Part shown: piece by piece, positions 1-8,963 of the stretch
Position numbering within the stretch: position 1 is the first letter of the stretch
How the letters are laid out: each line of letters starts with the position of its first letter
Assembly (NCBI GenBank): GCA_963795855.1
Contig: CAWCIZ010000002.1
Location: 192,001-256,000, forward strand
From: Vulcanimicrobiota bacterium
GTDB taxonomy: Bacteria; Vulcanimicrobiota; Vulcanimicrobiia; Vulcanimicrobiales; Vulcanimicrobiaceae
Length of the DNA: 64,000 nt
Direction of reading: 5' to 3'
Translations under genes and position numbers: made by a program
Notes under the pieces: model-generated
The model's input: the letters and a program-made list of their open reading frames with translations, nothing else
Told to the model about the DNA's origin: nothing
Databases searched by the model: none

Positions 1-701
1 ACGACGGCGCAACGCGCCAGCGTGGGAATCTGGTCGAGAATCCGTTCGCCGGCCGCGCAATGTTCCCGCATGACGTCCCACTCCGCGGAACTCAGCGCGC
101 CCGGTTTGAAGAGGATGCTGTCCGGCGTCGAGATTTTGCCGATGTCGTGCAGCAGCGCGCACTGCTCGATGAAATCCGTCAGTTCTTTCGAGAGGCCCAT
201 CGCCGCGCAGAGCCGGCGCGCCCATTCACCGGTGGCCTTGGAGTGACAGCAAGTCTGCGAATCGCGCTCGCCGAGCATCGCGAGCAGTGCCTCCGTCGTT
301 CCGGAGTGCGCCGACCGCGGTTCGCAGCCGTCACCCCCCAAGGCGGAGAGCGCCGATTGGATTTCGGCCTTCAGCACCTCCAGAAAGGCGAGAAGCCTGC
401 CGTGATCGATCGGAAATCCGCTGACTTCGCTCGCGATGACGTGCGCGGCAGCGTTTGCCACTTCCATCGTGCGCGAAGCGCCGAGGCGGCGGCCTTCACG
501 TACGGCCCACGTGGCCAGTCCGACCGGTTTGGAAAGCTGAATCGACAAGCAGAGCCTGTCGAGGATGAGTTCTATCGATGAATCAAGGGCGGGGTCCCCG
601 AAAAGCGCCGGATCCTGAACGTGCTCGACGACCTGAGGGGTCAGAGCGCGAAGATTACCCGAGATCGCCGATGCCGCCGCCGGCAACGTATGCACGTCCA
701 T
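1..701 (-). CDS. HD-GYP domain protein (cyclic dinucleotide phosphodiesterase-like), runs off the window edge
   Basis: Manual translation from ATG at 701: MDVHTLPAAA...TCCHSKATGEWARRLCAAMGL...ALLHDIGKISTPDSILFKPGALSSAEWDVMREH. HDIGK and KPGxL motifs are typical of HD-GYP. Not in the ORF track because no stop lies in the window. Confidence 0.85.
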   Translation of the reverse strand, partial: MDVHTLPAAASAISGNLRALTPQVVEHVQDPALFGDPALDSSIELILDRLCLSIQLSKPVGLATWAVREGRRLGASRTMEVANAAAHVIASEVSGFPIDHGRLLAFLEVLKAEIQSALSALGGDGCEPRSAHSGTTEALLAMLGERDSQTCCHSKATGEWARRLCAAMGLSKELTDFIEQCALLHDIGKISTPDSILFKPGALSSAEWDVMREHCAAGERILDQIPTLARCAV

Positions 702-736
702 GTTTTTTAGCAGCCAGTGCGGGAGAGAAGCGCGGC

Positions 737-814
737 TTACTGAATCGGCGTCGGCGGCGAAACGCAGGCGACGATGACGGCGACGGAAGCGGCAACGACG
801 AATGCAGTCAGCAT
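737..814 (-). CDS. Small 25-aa hydrophobic peptide MLTAFVVAASVAVIVACVSPPTPIQ
   Basis: ATG..TAA read by hand; GAGGA Shine-Dalgarno about 9 nt upstream; GC-rich third positions; below the ORF-track cutoff. Confidence 0.6.
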   Translation of the reverse strand: MLTAFVVAASVAVIVACVSPPTPIQ

Positions 815-918
815 GAAAAAAAGTTCCTCGTAGTAAAAGTACGGTGGTTACCACGAGCATAGGCCGAATGGGCCAGCCGGTCTCTACCCATCTTTAGTTA
901 TGCCGTTTCGCTGGCTCG

Positions 919-3546
919 CTATCCCAGCAACCCCTGCTTACGCGCAAGGGTAAGCGCCTCATTGCGACCGCTGCACCCGAGCTTTCGGATGACGTTCTTG
1001 ATGTGCACCTGGACGGTGTAGACACTGCGTCCCGTCTCGAGCGCAATGTCCTTGGGGCCCCGTCCTTCCGCGAGGGCGCGCAGCACGGACAGCTCCGACT
1101 TGGTCAGCATCGTAGTGACGACTTCCTCGGCGACTACCCGCCGTTCAACGGCGCCGCCGAGCAGTTTGGCGATGCCGCCATATCCCATCGTCTGTACTAA
1201 TTGAAGCCGCTCGAACACTTCGTCGCGAAGCGCCGGGTTTTTCACCGCGCGCAGCAGCATTGTGACGGCTTCTCGCAATGCCTCGCACACCGGTGCCTCC
1301 CCCGTCACGCGCTGCAAAATGCGCGACGCATTGGTGACGCGTCCCGCCAGCGCCTCGGTGGCCGCGCACAGCAGCCGCGCCAGATCCATGTGACGGCGCG
1401 CGTGCAGGAACGTCGCCGATTCTTCGCACGTGAGGTCGAGCGCTTGCGCGATCAGCGCGAGGCCGCGTTCGCGTTGGCCGTCGACCACGAGCAGCAGTCC
1501 GCAAGCCGCCGACATATACGCCTGGTTCCAAGCGTAGACGATGCGATCGAGGACGCTGAACAGCATGCGGTGCGCGTCGTCGAAACGTCCGTCCCAGGCC
1601 GACATCAACGCGCGCGTGGGAATGACGAGCGCCATTCTCGTGACGTCGGACGTGGCCGTTTCCGCGAATTGACGTTCGAGCGCCAAGAGCCGTTCCGCGT
1701 TGCCGCGCGTCGACTCGACCGTGATCAGCTGCAAGACCGCGGTTTGCAGCGCGAGACGATCGCCCGCTTTGGTCGCGGCGGTCATCGCCTGCTGCGCGTA
1801 CCACGCCGATCGCGTCATGTCGTCTTCGTAAAAGAGCACCAAGTTCGCCAGTGCTCCATATGCGCGCGCCGCCGCACCGTACATCAGGCTGTCCGAAGCG
1901 AGCGTCACCGAACGCGTCAAATACTGCTGAGCGATCGCAGCCGGCATTCCGAGCTGCATCGCCGCTGCGCCGAGGCGGTGCCAAATCTTCACACGCTCGC
2001 CGACCTCGTCGGTTTCACCGGCGAACGCTTCCGCCTCTTCGATGGCGGACTTCGCCGCCGCCTCGCGATTGGCGTTCGCGTATGCGACCGCGAGCAGGCT
2101 GACGATGTCGGCGCGCAGATTTCCCGGCAACTCTTCGCCGAGCAGCGGTTCGAGCAGCGTGACGACGTCGCGGCCCAAATTGATCGAGATCAGCGCGAGC
2201 CGCACGGCCAGCGAGGCGCGCAACTCCGCGTCTTCGCAACGCGCGAGCGCTCTGTTGAGCAGCGATTCGGCGCGATCGTAGCGGCCGGCGTGCGCTTCGC
2301 CCAGGCCGCGCATGCCGAGCACGATCGGATGCGTCGCGCGCAAATCCTGCGGCAGCACGTCGAGCGCCGCATGCACCGCGTCCGCATGCCCCTGTTCCAT
2401 TAGCAGGAACCCCGACGTTTCCAAGATCCGCAGCACGTCGCGGCTTGAAGAGGCTTGCGCGTAGACGTTCAGCGCGTAGGCGAGCTGACCGGCCTTTTCC
2501 AGCGCCGCGCCGGCCGCCCGAGCCGTGCGTTCCGCCGCGAATTCACCCTCGAGTTCGACTTGGTGCTGCAGAAAGTCGCGGAACAAGTCGTGGCAGCGAT
2601 AAATGCCCGGGCGTTCGGGATAGATGAAGGCGACGCGATCGCGCAGCGCTTCGATCAGCGCCTTTGCTTTGGCGTAGCCGGCGACCCGCAGCACTTCCAC
2701 GTCGATCTCCGGCAAATAGCCGATGAAATGCAGCAGATCGCGCTCCTCGTCGTCGAGCGATTGATACACCTGCTCCGCCAGGTAGCGGTACACCATTTCG
2801 CGCGTGTTCGCGGCGATATTTCGCAGGTCGATCGATCGCGTCGAGGTTCGCAGCGCAAAGCTGAGCGCAGTCGGCCAGCCTTCCGTCATCGACAGAATTT
2901 CCGCGAGTTCGTCGTCGTGCACGCCGACGCGGGACGCCTTCGCGGCTTCGCGCGCTTCTTCTATCGTGAAACGCAGATCCTGTTCGTCGATGTTCAGGTC
3001 CATCTCGCCGTACGCCAGCCACGAGCCGACCGGCAGATCGAGCGACGAACGCGACGCGATGATCCAGTTGGACCGGCCTTTGGTGCGATCGATCAGCGAG
3101 ACGAGAAATTTGGAAATTTCCGGGTCGTTTTCGGCGATGTGCAGATCGTCGATCGCGATGACGCCCGTGAACGTTTTGATGTGCGCGTGCATCCACATCG
3201 CGAGATCCAAGCCCGGCGTTTTCGACGAGCGGCTCTTCTCGTATGCTCCGGACACAGTTTTGCGCGCCGCGGGCGCGATGTCGGTCACCGCTTCGGCAAA
3301 GCCGCGAACGAATCCGAGCAGCGTGCCGTTCTCGGCGCGCACGTCGTAGCGCGCGTGCGCCACGCCGCGCAGTGTCTCCAAATAATGACGCAGCGCGACC
3401 GATTTGCCGTAGCCGGCGGGAGCAACTATCAAAACAATCCGCTGCGTTGCAGCGGACGCGATGCGATCCACGATTCTCGGGCGCAGAACCGGAGTGAACG
3501 CTCCACCGGTCTCGATTCTGCCGTCCGCGGCTACCGGGCGGATCAT
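919..3546 (-). CDS. MalT-like LuxR-family transcriptional regulator (ATPase + TPR-like helices + LuxR HTH)
   Basis: Walker A APAGYGKS, IAIDDLH, TEGWP motif, C-terminal LTKSELSVLRALAEG...TVQVHIKNVIRKLG. Confidence 0.9.
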   Translation of the reverse strand: MIRPVAADGRIETGGAFTPVLRPRIVDRIASAATQRIVLIVAPAGYGKSVALRHYLETLRGVAHARYDVRAENGTLLGFVRGFAEAVTDIAPAARKTVSGAYEKSRSSKTPGLDLAMWMHAHIKTFTGVIAIDDLHIAENDPEISKFLVSLIDRTKGRSNWIIASRSSLDLPVGSWLAYGEMDLNIDEQDLRFTIEEAREAAKASRVGVHDDELAEILSMTEGWPTALSFALRTSTRSIDLRNIAANTREMVYRYLAEQVYQSLDDEERDLLHFIGYLPEIDVEVLRVAGYAKAKALIEALRDRVAFIYPERPGIYRCHDLFRDFLQHQVELEGEFAAERTARAAGAALEKAGQLAYALNVYAQASSSRDVLRILETSGFLLMEQGHADAVHAALDVLPQDLRATHPIVLGMRGLGEAHAGRYDRAESLLNRALARCEDAELRASLAVRLALISINLGRDVVTLLEPLLGEELPGNLRADIVSLLAVAYANANREAAAKSAIEEAEAFAGETDEVGERVKIWHRLGAAAMQLGMPAAIAQQYLTRSVTLASDSLMYGAAARAYGALANLVLFYEDDMTRSAWYAQQAMTAATKAGDRLALQTAVLQLITVESTRGNAERLLALERQFAETATSDVTRMALVIPTRALMSAWDGRFDDAHRMLFSVLDRIVYAWNQAYMSAACGLLLVVDGQRERGLALIAQALDLTCEESATFLHARRHMDLARLLCAATEALAGRVTNASRILQRVTGEAPVCEALREAVTMLLRAVKNPALRDEVFERLQLVQTMGYGGIAKLLGGAVERRVVAEEVVTTMLTKSELSVLRALAEGRGPKDIALETGRSVYTVQVHIKNVIRKLGCSGRNEALTLARKQGLLG

Positions 3547-3597
3547 TGCGTTAGGGCCTTAGCCTTGTGCGGAGGTCTGTCCTTTTCCACCCCGCCT

Positions 3598-3930
3598 TCA
3601 GGCGTGGAGATCGAGCGGCGGCTGGTACTCTTGCATACCCTCGTAGTAGCCCAACAGGTGCTCCTCGAGCTTGAGCATCGCGAGCTGTTTGTCGAGGCGC
3701 CGGTACTCGTCGCCGTACAAGCGCCGGAAAGCATCGAAGTCGGCTTTCGTTTCCCAGACGTCGACCGTCACGTAGACGTCGGCTTGTTCCTTGTGGCGAA
3801 AGAGTCGCGTTCGCTTGAAGCCGGGATGGCGCGCGAACAGCTTCGCCCATGGACCCGTCGAGCCATATGCGTGCTCGAATGCGCGCACCTGCGCGGGGTG
3901 AACGCGATACCGGTAAAAAATTTCGACCAT
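3598..3930 (-). CDS. Antibiotic biosynthesis monooxygenase (ABM)-like protein
   Basis: 110 aa; YRYRVHPAQVRAFEHAYG...PGFKRTRLF...YVTVDVWET pattern. Confidence 0.75.
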   Translation of the reverse strand: MVEIFYRYRVHPAQVRAFEHAYGSTGPWAKLFARHPGFKRTRLFRHKEQADVYVTVDVWETKADFDAFRRLYGDEYRRLDKQLAMLKLEEHLLGYYEGMQEYQPPLDLHA

Positions 3931-4008
3931 CAGCGTATTTGTGCCACCCGTATGTCATTATCGGCAAGTACGCTCGGGGCACGTCGTTCGTAAAGAAAGG
4001 GTGTGTTT

Positions 4009-4317
4009 ATGACCATCGACGCCACTATCGCCAAAATGGAATCGATCTGCGACCGCTTCGAGTCCGCGCTCGCCGATCTCACGCAGCCGCGCGAGAAACG
4101 TCCCAACCCGTACGCCGCGCTCCGGGAACAGTATCCCAACGCGGGAAAACCGTGGCGCGCGCAAGACGACGAAGAGTTGCGCCGGCTCTTCGAAAGCGGC
4201 AATTCCACCGCGGATCTCGCGCTGACCTTTGCGCGCACGCCGAACGGCATTCGAGTGCGGCTCGAGCGGCTCGGCCTGATCGACGCTCAGCGATCGCCCG
4301 CCCCTCCCGCGTCGTAA
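4009..4317 (+). CDS. Small protein with a Myb-like/HTH motif
   Basis: YPNAGKPWRAQDDEELRRLF...LALTFARTPNGIRVRLERLGL; GAAAGG upstream of ATG 4009. Confidence 0.7.
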   Translation: MTIDATIAKMESICDRFESALADLTQPREKRPNPYAALREQYPNAGKPWRAQDDEELRRLFESGNSTADLALTFARTPNGIRVRLERLGLIDAQRSPAPPAS

Positions 4318-4610
4318 TCCGAACGCTTCTGTGCAACGTCTTCTTTATCGAACACCGGCTGCCAAGTTTGCGCGCCGTCGATCGTTTTCCAGACGCCTCC
4401 GCCCGCCGCACCCGCGTAGTAGAGCGAGCTGTCGGCATCGGTACCGGTTACCGCGCCGACGCGACCACCCGACACCTGCGGTCCGATGTTACGAAAGCGA
4501 AGTTGGTCGAATACGCCCGGTGTGGGTGCCTCTTTTGCGGCATACGCGGCGGACGGTCCGCACGCGAGCAGAGCGACGATAGAAAAAGCGGCAAGCGACG
4601 CATGCCGCAT
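4287..4610 (-). pseudogene. N-terminal remnant of a VPS10/BNR-repeat beta-propeller (glycosyl hydrolase-like) secreted protein
   Basis: Signal peptide then FRNIGPQVSGGRV...YYAGAAGGGVWKTIDGAQTWQPVFD, the usual start of much longer BNR/sortilin-like proteins; stops after about 107 aa. Confidence 0.7.
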
Positions 4611-4614
4611 GGTT

Positions 4615-5202
4615 TTATGGCGCGCCGTCGCTCGCCTTTGCCGATTGCCGTATGAGCCGATCGACGAACTCTGCGATGAAATCGCCTTCCCACGCAAGGC
4701 GCGGCTGCAGCCACGCGCGCTGCGCGGGACAGGTGAGTTCACCCAGTTCGAGCACGAGGCCCGCGTCCTGCGTTTGCACCTGACGGAACCCGTAATAGTC
4801 GCTCAAATTGCGCGTGAAGTTGTCCGGTTTGAATTGAAACGGAAATACCGCGCCGTACATTTTGCGCCAGAGTTCGGCGCCCGCCTTCGATGAATCCACA
4901 TGATAGCCGATGGAAGCGCCGCTCGTGCACGGCTTGTCGATCCCGTCGAAATGGATGAAGATAGCGGTCTTCACCTCAAACTCCCCGTCAAAATCGGCCG
5001 GCTCGCGAGCGACGGAGTACCCCATCTCGCGCAGCTTGCGCGTTGCTTCATCTGCGACGATAGGCGTCCACGCGCGTTCGCCCTGTGCTCCCAAATTACA
5101 GTGGTGCTTCGGAAAGCGCGCGCAGCTTTCCGGACGTCCTTCGTGGCCGGCGGAAATGAGGACGTCGTAGTGAAGTACCGCGGCGAGGAGCACGTGCAGC
5201 AT
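4615..5202 (-). CDS. N-acetylmuramoyl-L-alanine amidase (Amidase_3-like)
   Basis: Zn-ligand motifs VLISAGHEG, GE, IFIHFDG and catalytic LVLELGEL. Confidence 0.75.
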   Translation of the reverse strand: MLHVLLAAVLHYDVLISAGHEGRPESCARFPKHHCNLGAQGERAWTPIVADEATRKLREMGYSVAREPADFDGEFEVKTAIFIHFDGIDKPCTSGASIGYHVDSSKAGAELWRKMYGAVFPFQFKPDNFTRNLSDYYGFRQVQTQDAGLVLELGELTCPAQRAWLQPRLAWEGDFIAEFVDRLIRQSAKASDGAP

Positions 5203-5212
5203 CGACGCTTAT

Positions 5213-8071
5213 CTACACGGCGCCGACGAGACGTTTGATAGCCTCGGAAGGCTCGCACTGCAGTTCGGCAAGCAGCGTATCGCGGTACTGGCGGTATTGA
5301 CGCATCGCGGCGGCGCGATCGCCGCCGGCCAAGTGCGCGGTAATTGCGATCTGCCGCGCCGCTTCATCGCACGGATCGTACCCGATCATCTCTTCGGCGA
5401 GTTCGAGCGCGCGCCGCGTATTGCCGTGGCTGAGCGCGTCGTTTGCGAGCCGGTGCGCGAGCTCGAGGCGCAGTTCGCTGATTCGGCGTTCCGTCGGCTC
5501 GAACCATTCCCACTGCGTCATGCGCTCCGGCCTGCGCGCGCGCAGTTTCGCGTACACCGTCTCGAGCAGCGTTCGCTCCGAATCCGCGAGCGCGGGGCGC
5601 GCGCGGAGGACGCCGACGAACCGATCGATCTCCCAGAGATCGACCCGAACGTCGTCGTGCAAAGCGTATCCGTCCTTGCCGCGCAGGATCGCTTGGTCGT
5701 TGCCCAGATGTTGGCGCAGCCGATGCAGGCACACCGAGAGCGCGTTACGCGCGGCGTATTCATCGAGTTCGGGCCACAGCAAGTCGGCCAGCCGCGCGCG
5801 CGGAACGGTTTCGCGGCGCAGCGAAAGCGCGACCAGCAGTGCGAGTTCCCGTTCGGAAAGCGAGATCGCGCGTCCGGCGCACCGCACGGTACCATCCGTG
5901 AGTCCAATCTCGAGCAGCGGCACGCGTTCGATGCGCTCGCGCTGCAACCGTCCCATGAACGCGTTGAGCATGCCGGAATGGGATTGCCGCGACGCGATCG
6001 CTTCGACCGCGTTCATAAACGCCGGCGTGCCGCACCGGTGCGCCGCATCGATCGCGCCGCGCATGTGTTCGTCGAAGTGCACGTCGTCAAACGTCGCCAG
6101 GGCGATCAGTGCTAGGGCCTCGATGAACGGCGCGCGATACTGCTGGGACGCCGTGACGGCGGCGCGCGCATGTTTGACGGCTTGTGCGGTCTGCGTCGCC
6201 GACGCCGCCGCCACGATCCGGCCGCACGCGACCCATTTCAGCAAATCGGCATCGGCGGGTTCCTCGGTGCGGCCGCGCGCAACCGCGGCAAAATATGCAA
6301 AACCGCGCACGCCGTTTCGCTGCACCACTTCGTCGAGCTCCGCACCGTAGCGAACGAACGCTACGTCATCGCCGGAAAGCCATGCGCCGAAGGCGCCTTC
6401 GGCAAGATCGAATGCGACGAAGTTGTACAGACCCGATCGCCGCGCGCTCTCCAGCGCGCGATCGATGAACTGCCGCGCGAGCGTGAATTCGCCGCGAATG
6501 CGCGAGACGTCCGCACCAAGCGCAAGCAGCGTTCCGGACGCCATGATGTCCATGCCGCCCACCAGCGGAAGCGCGATCGTGAGATCGCGTTCTGCGCGGT
6601 CCACGCGCCCGATGCGCGCGCGCATGATGCCGAGCAAGTAAAACAAATAACCTTCGAACGCGTTCTTCGGTTCGTCGCCCACGCCGTTCTCTGCCGCGAA
6701 CCGTTCGAGCATCTCCTCCGCTTCCTCGAGCAGCCCGATGTAACTCATAAAGAGCACGCGGAAAACCAGAATATAGTAGCGTTCGAGAAGCGTCACGTCG
6801 GGCGAAAGCGTGCGCCACAGCGACTCCGCTTCGTCGAGCAGTTCTTCCGTGTCGATGCAGAACATGCGCAGCAGTGCAGTCACCGCCCACAAGCGTGGAT
6901 AGCGCTGCACGAGCGTCCGATCGAGTGAAGCGAGGATGCGCGCGTATTGCATGGACGGCGCGTGATCGCGAATCACTTCGTGCTGGCCGAGCGCGTAAGC
7001 CGCGGAGCCTTGATCGCCGCGCGCCAAGTGCAGTTCCGCGGCGCGCTGGTAGCGCTTCTCACTTGCGTGCACTTCCGCCGCGCGCGTGAGCACCTCGCTG
7101 CGCCGGTCGTCGTGATGCTCGACGAGCAGCGATGCGAGCAGCGGATGCATCTGAAACGTGCCGTCTGATGCGCGCGAGACGAAGGGCGACTCCTTCGAAA
7201 AGTCGGCGAGCGCGCGAACCGCGGCATCGTCGGTCATGGCCGCCTGCAGATCTTCCACTTTGGCATTCGGGATGCAAGCGCACACGAAGAGCGCCTGAAC
7301 CAAGCTCGGATCGAGCGAGGCAAGGACCTGGTCGGCGAGATAATCGTGCAGTTCCTCGAACGCGATGTCGTCGAGCGACTCGAGCAGCGTTTCGATGCGG
7401 CCTTCCGTCGCGAATCTTTTTAAAAGGAAGACCGCAATAGGCCAGCCTTGAGACAGTTGCGTGATGCGTCCCAGCATCGCCGGGTCGTCGGCGTTCTCTT
7501 CGAAGAGCGCGGCGATTTCCGAGCGGTTGAACGCGAGATCTTCGGCGCGGAGCGTGAGAATCTCGTGCGGCGGCGCGAAGCGGGTCAAGTGAACGCGCAG
7601 GCTCTCGCGCGAGCAAATGACGATGACGCGGCTTTCCGGCCGCTGCGTCAGAAGGCGCGCAAAAAAATCGCGCGCAGACGGGTTGCGCGCGATGTGCTCG
7701 GCGTTTTCGAAGACGAATGTGGTGTCCGAGACGTCGCTCTTCCAGGCTTCCAGCGCCAGATTGACGCGCTCGGCAACGCTGGTGCCGCCGTCGCCCAGCA
7801 TCAGTTCCCGCTGGGTGAGGGTTTGGGTACGGGACGGGGTCTCGGCCGCGAGCGCGGGGATTAGGCGGCGGGCCAGGTCCAAATCGTCGAGCACCCCGGA
7901 GGCGTCGCAGATGGCCGACCCGGCACGCCCGGCGATGAGTTGGCGAGCCAGCGTCGACTTCCCGAAGCCGGCCGGAGCAATGAGCGCGAGGATCCGCGGC
8001 TGCACCCGGCCGAGCCGGTCGAGCAGCGAATCACGCCGGATCTCATGGAGTCCGCCGGTGACGATGGCCAT
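5213..8071 (-). CDS. Large ATPase/TPR regulator with C-terminal winged-HTH and BTAD domain
   Basis: Walker A APAGFGKS, SQGWP; C-terminal LADLLWPE...LSVCLHRLRQHLG, VDLWE, DPCDEAARQ...LLAELQCEPS (BTAD). Confidence 0.85.
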   Translation of the reverse strand: MAIVTGGLHEIRRDSLLDRLGRVQPRILALIAPAGFGKSTLARQLIAGRAGSAICDASGVLDDLDLARRLIPALAAETPSRTQTLTQRELMLGDGGTSVAERVNLALEAWKSDVSDTTFVFENAEHIARNPSARDFFARLLTQRPESRVIVICSRESLRVHLTRFAPPHEILTLRAEDLAFNRSEIAALFEENADDPAMLGRITQLSQGWPIAVFLLKRFATEGRIETLLESLDDIAFEELHDYLADQVLASLDPSLVQALFVCACIPNAKVEDLQAAMTDDAAVRALADFSKESPFVSRASDGTFQMHPLLASLLVEHHDDRRSEVLTRAAEVHASEKRYQRAAELHLARGDQGSAAYALGQHEVIRDHAPSMQYARILASLDRTLVQRYPRLWAVTALLRMFCIDTEELLDEAESLWRTLSPDVTLLERYYILVFRVLFMSYIGLLEEAEEMLERFAAENGVGDEPKNAFEGYLFYLLGIMRARIGRVDRAERDLTIALPLVGGMDIMASGTLLALGADVSRIRGEFTLARQFIDRALESARRSGLYNFVAFDLAEGAFGAWLSGDDVAFVRYGAELDEVVQRNGVRGFAYFAAVARGRTEEPADADLLKWVACGRIVAAASATQTAQAVKHARAAVTASQQYRAPFIEALALIALATFDDVHFDEHMRGAIDAAHRCGTPAFMNAVEAIASRQSHSGMLNAFMGRLQRERIERVPLLEIGLTDGTVRCAGRAISLSERELALLVALSLRRETVPRARLADLLWPELDEYAARNALSVCLHRLRQHLGNDQAILRGKDGYALHDDVRVDLWEIDRFVGVLRARPALADSERTLLETVYAKLRARRPERMTQWEWFEPTERRISELRLELAHRLANDALSHGNTRRALELAEEMIGYDPCDEAARQIAITAHLAGGDRAAAMRQYRQYRDTLLAELQCEPSEAIKRLVGAV

Positions 8072-8188
8072 TGGCTTCTAGTACGACGTTCCCAACCTTC
8101 CTACTTCTCTCGGAGTGTTGCGGTTGTAAGCAGTTTGTAATCCGGGAGAAATGGTTCGTAAGACCTAGGAAAATTCGATCCGGTACTC

Positions 8189-8212
8189 TTGTCCCATGCC
8201 TCGCCGGGACAA
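8189..8212. promoter_or_regulatory. Inverted repeat TTGTCCC-N10-GGGACAA, candidate operator
   Basis: Perfect 7-bp inverted repeat in the divergent intergenic region between two regulator genes. Confidence 0.4.
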
Positions 8213-8270
8213 CTTTCTGGAACGGGGCTCAGAGCCGTTACTCCAAACCGCTCTCAAGGGGAGACAAGGG

Positions 8271-8846
8271 ATGTCCCTACTGCAAGAAACTCCGGCGCCC
8301 CGCGTGTTGGTCGTCGGTAAGGACCCGCTTATAACGCGGACGCTGAGCAAGCTGCTCGAACTGGACAATCGCTTGGACGTTTTAGGCGAAGCGCGGTCCT
8401 TACGAGCCGCGCCGCTCGGCGATCTCCGTCCGGACGTGGTCATCTTTGACGCGGATGGGCAGGGCACGGACGCAGCCCGCGCGCGTGAGTTCATCGCGGA
8501 AATTTCACCACATAGCGTCGTCTGCCCGCTCGAGACCCTTCGCAATCTGACGGTGAACGAAGTCCTCGAAACCGTGCGTCGTCTGGCTCCGTCACCATCG
8601 CAGCAGGGTCGTCACCTGCGCGTCATTTCGCCGCCTGACGAGCGAGATGCACTTGCGTCACTTTCCGAGCGCGAGCTGCAAGTCGTGCGTCTCGTTGCCG
8701 AGGGGTTGTCGAACAAGGAAATCAGTTCCCGTTTGACGCTCAGCGACAAAACCGTCAAAAACCACATTTCTCACATCCTTGCCAAGATGGGGTTGACCGC
8801 ACGCACCCAGGTTGCGGTCTACGCGATTCGCGCAGGATTCGTTTAA
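8271..8846 (+). CDS. NarL/LuxR-family response regulator with a degenerate receiver domain
   Basis: RVLVV...PDVVIFD receiver remnant; LSERELQVVRLVAEGLSNKEIS...TVKNHISHILAKMG HTH. Confidence 0.85.
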   Translation: MSLLQETPAPRVLVVGKDPLITRTLSKLLELDNRLDVLGEARSLRAAPLGDLRPDVVIFDADGQGTDAARAREFIAEISPHSVVCPLETLRNLTVNEVLETVRRLAPSPSQQGRHLRVISPPDERDALASLSERELQVVRLVAEGLSNKEISSRLTLSDKTVKNHISHILAKMGLTARTQVAVYAIRAGFV

Positions 8847-8963
8847 AAAGCGTTCTCTCGAGTGCAGCAGCAAGACGCCCGGCGCCGTGTCGGCACCGGG
8901 CGCTTTGCGTTTTTGCCGCCTTTAGAAGGTTTTACGCATTCCAGCAGAGGGAATTCACCGTTC

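Noticed and set aside
578..862. Plus-strand 94-aa ORF
   Set aside because: Antisense to the HD-GYP start and the small peptide gene; low-complexity product.
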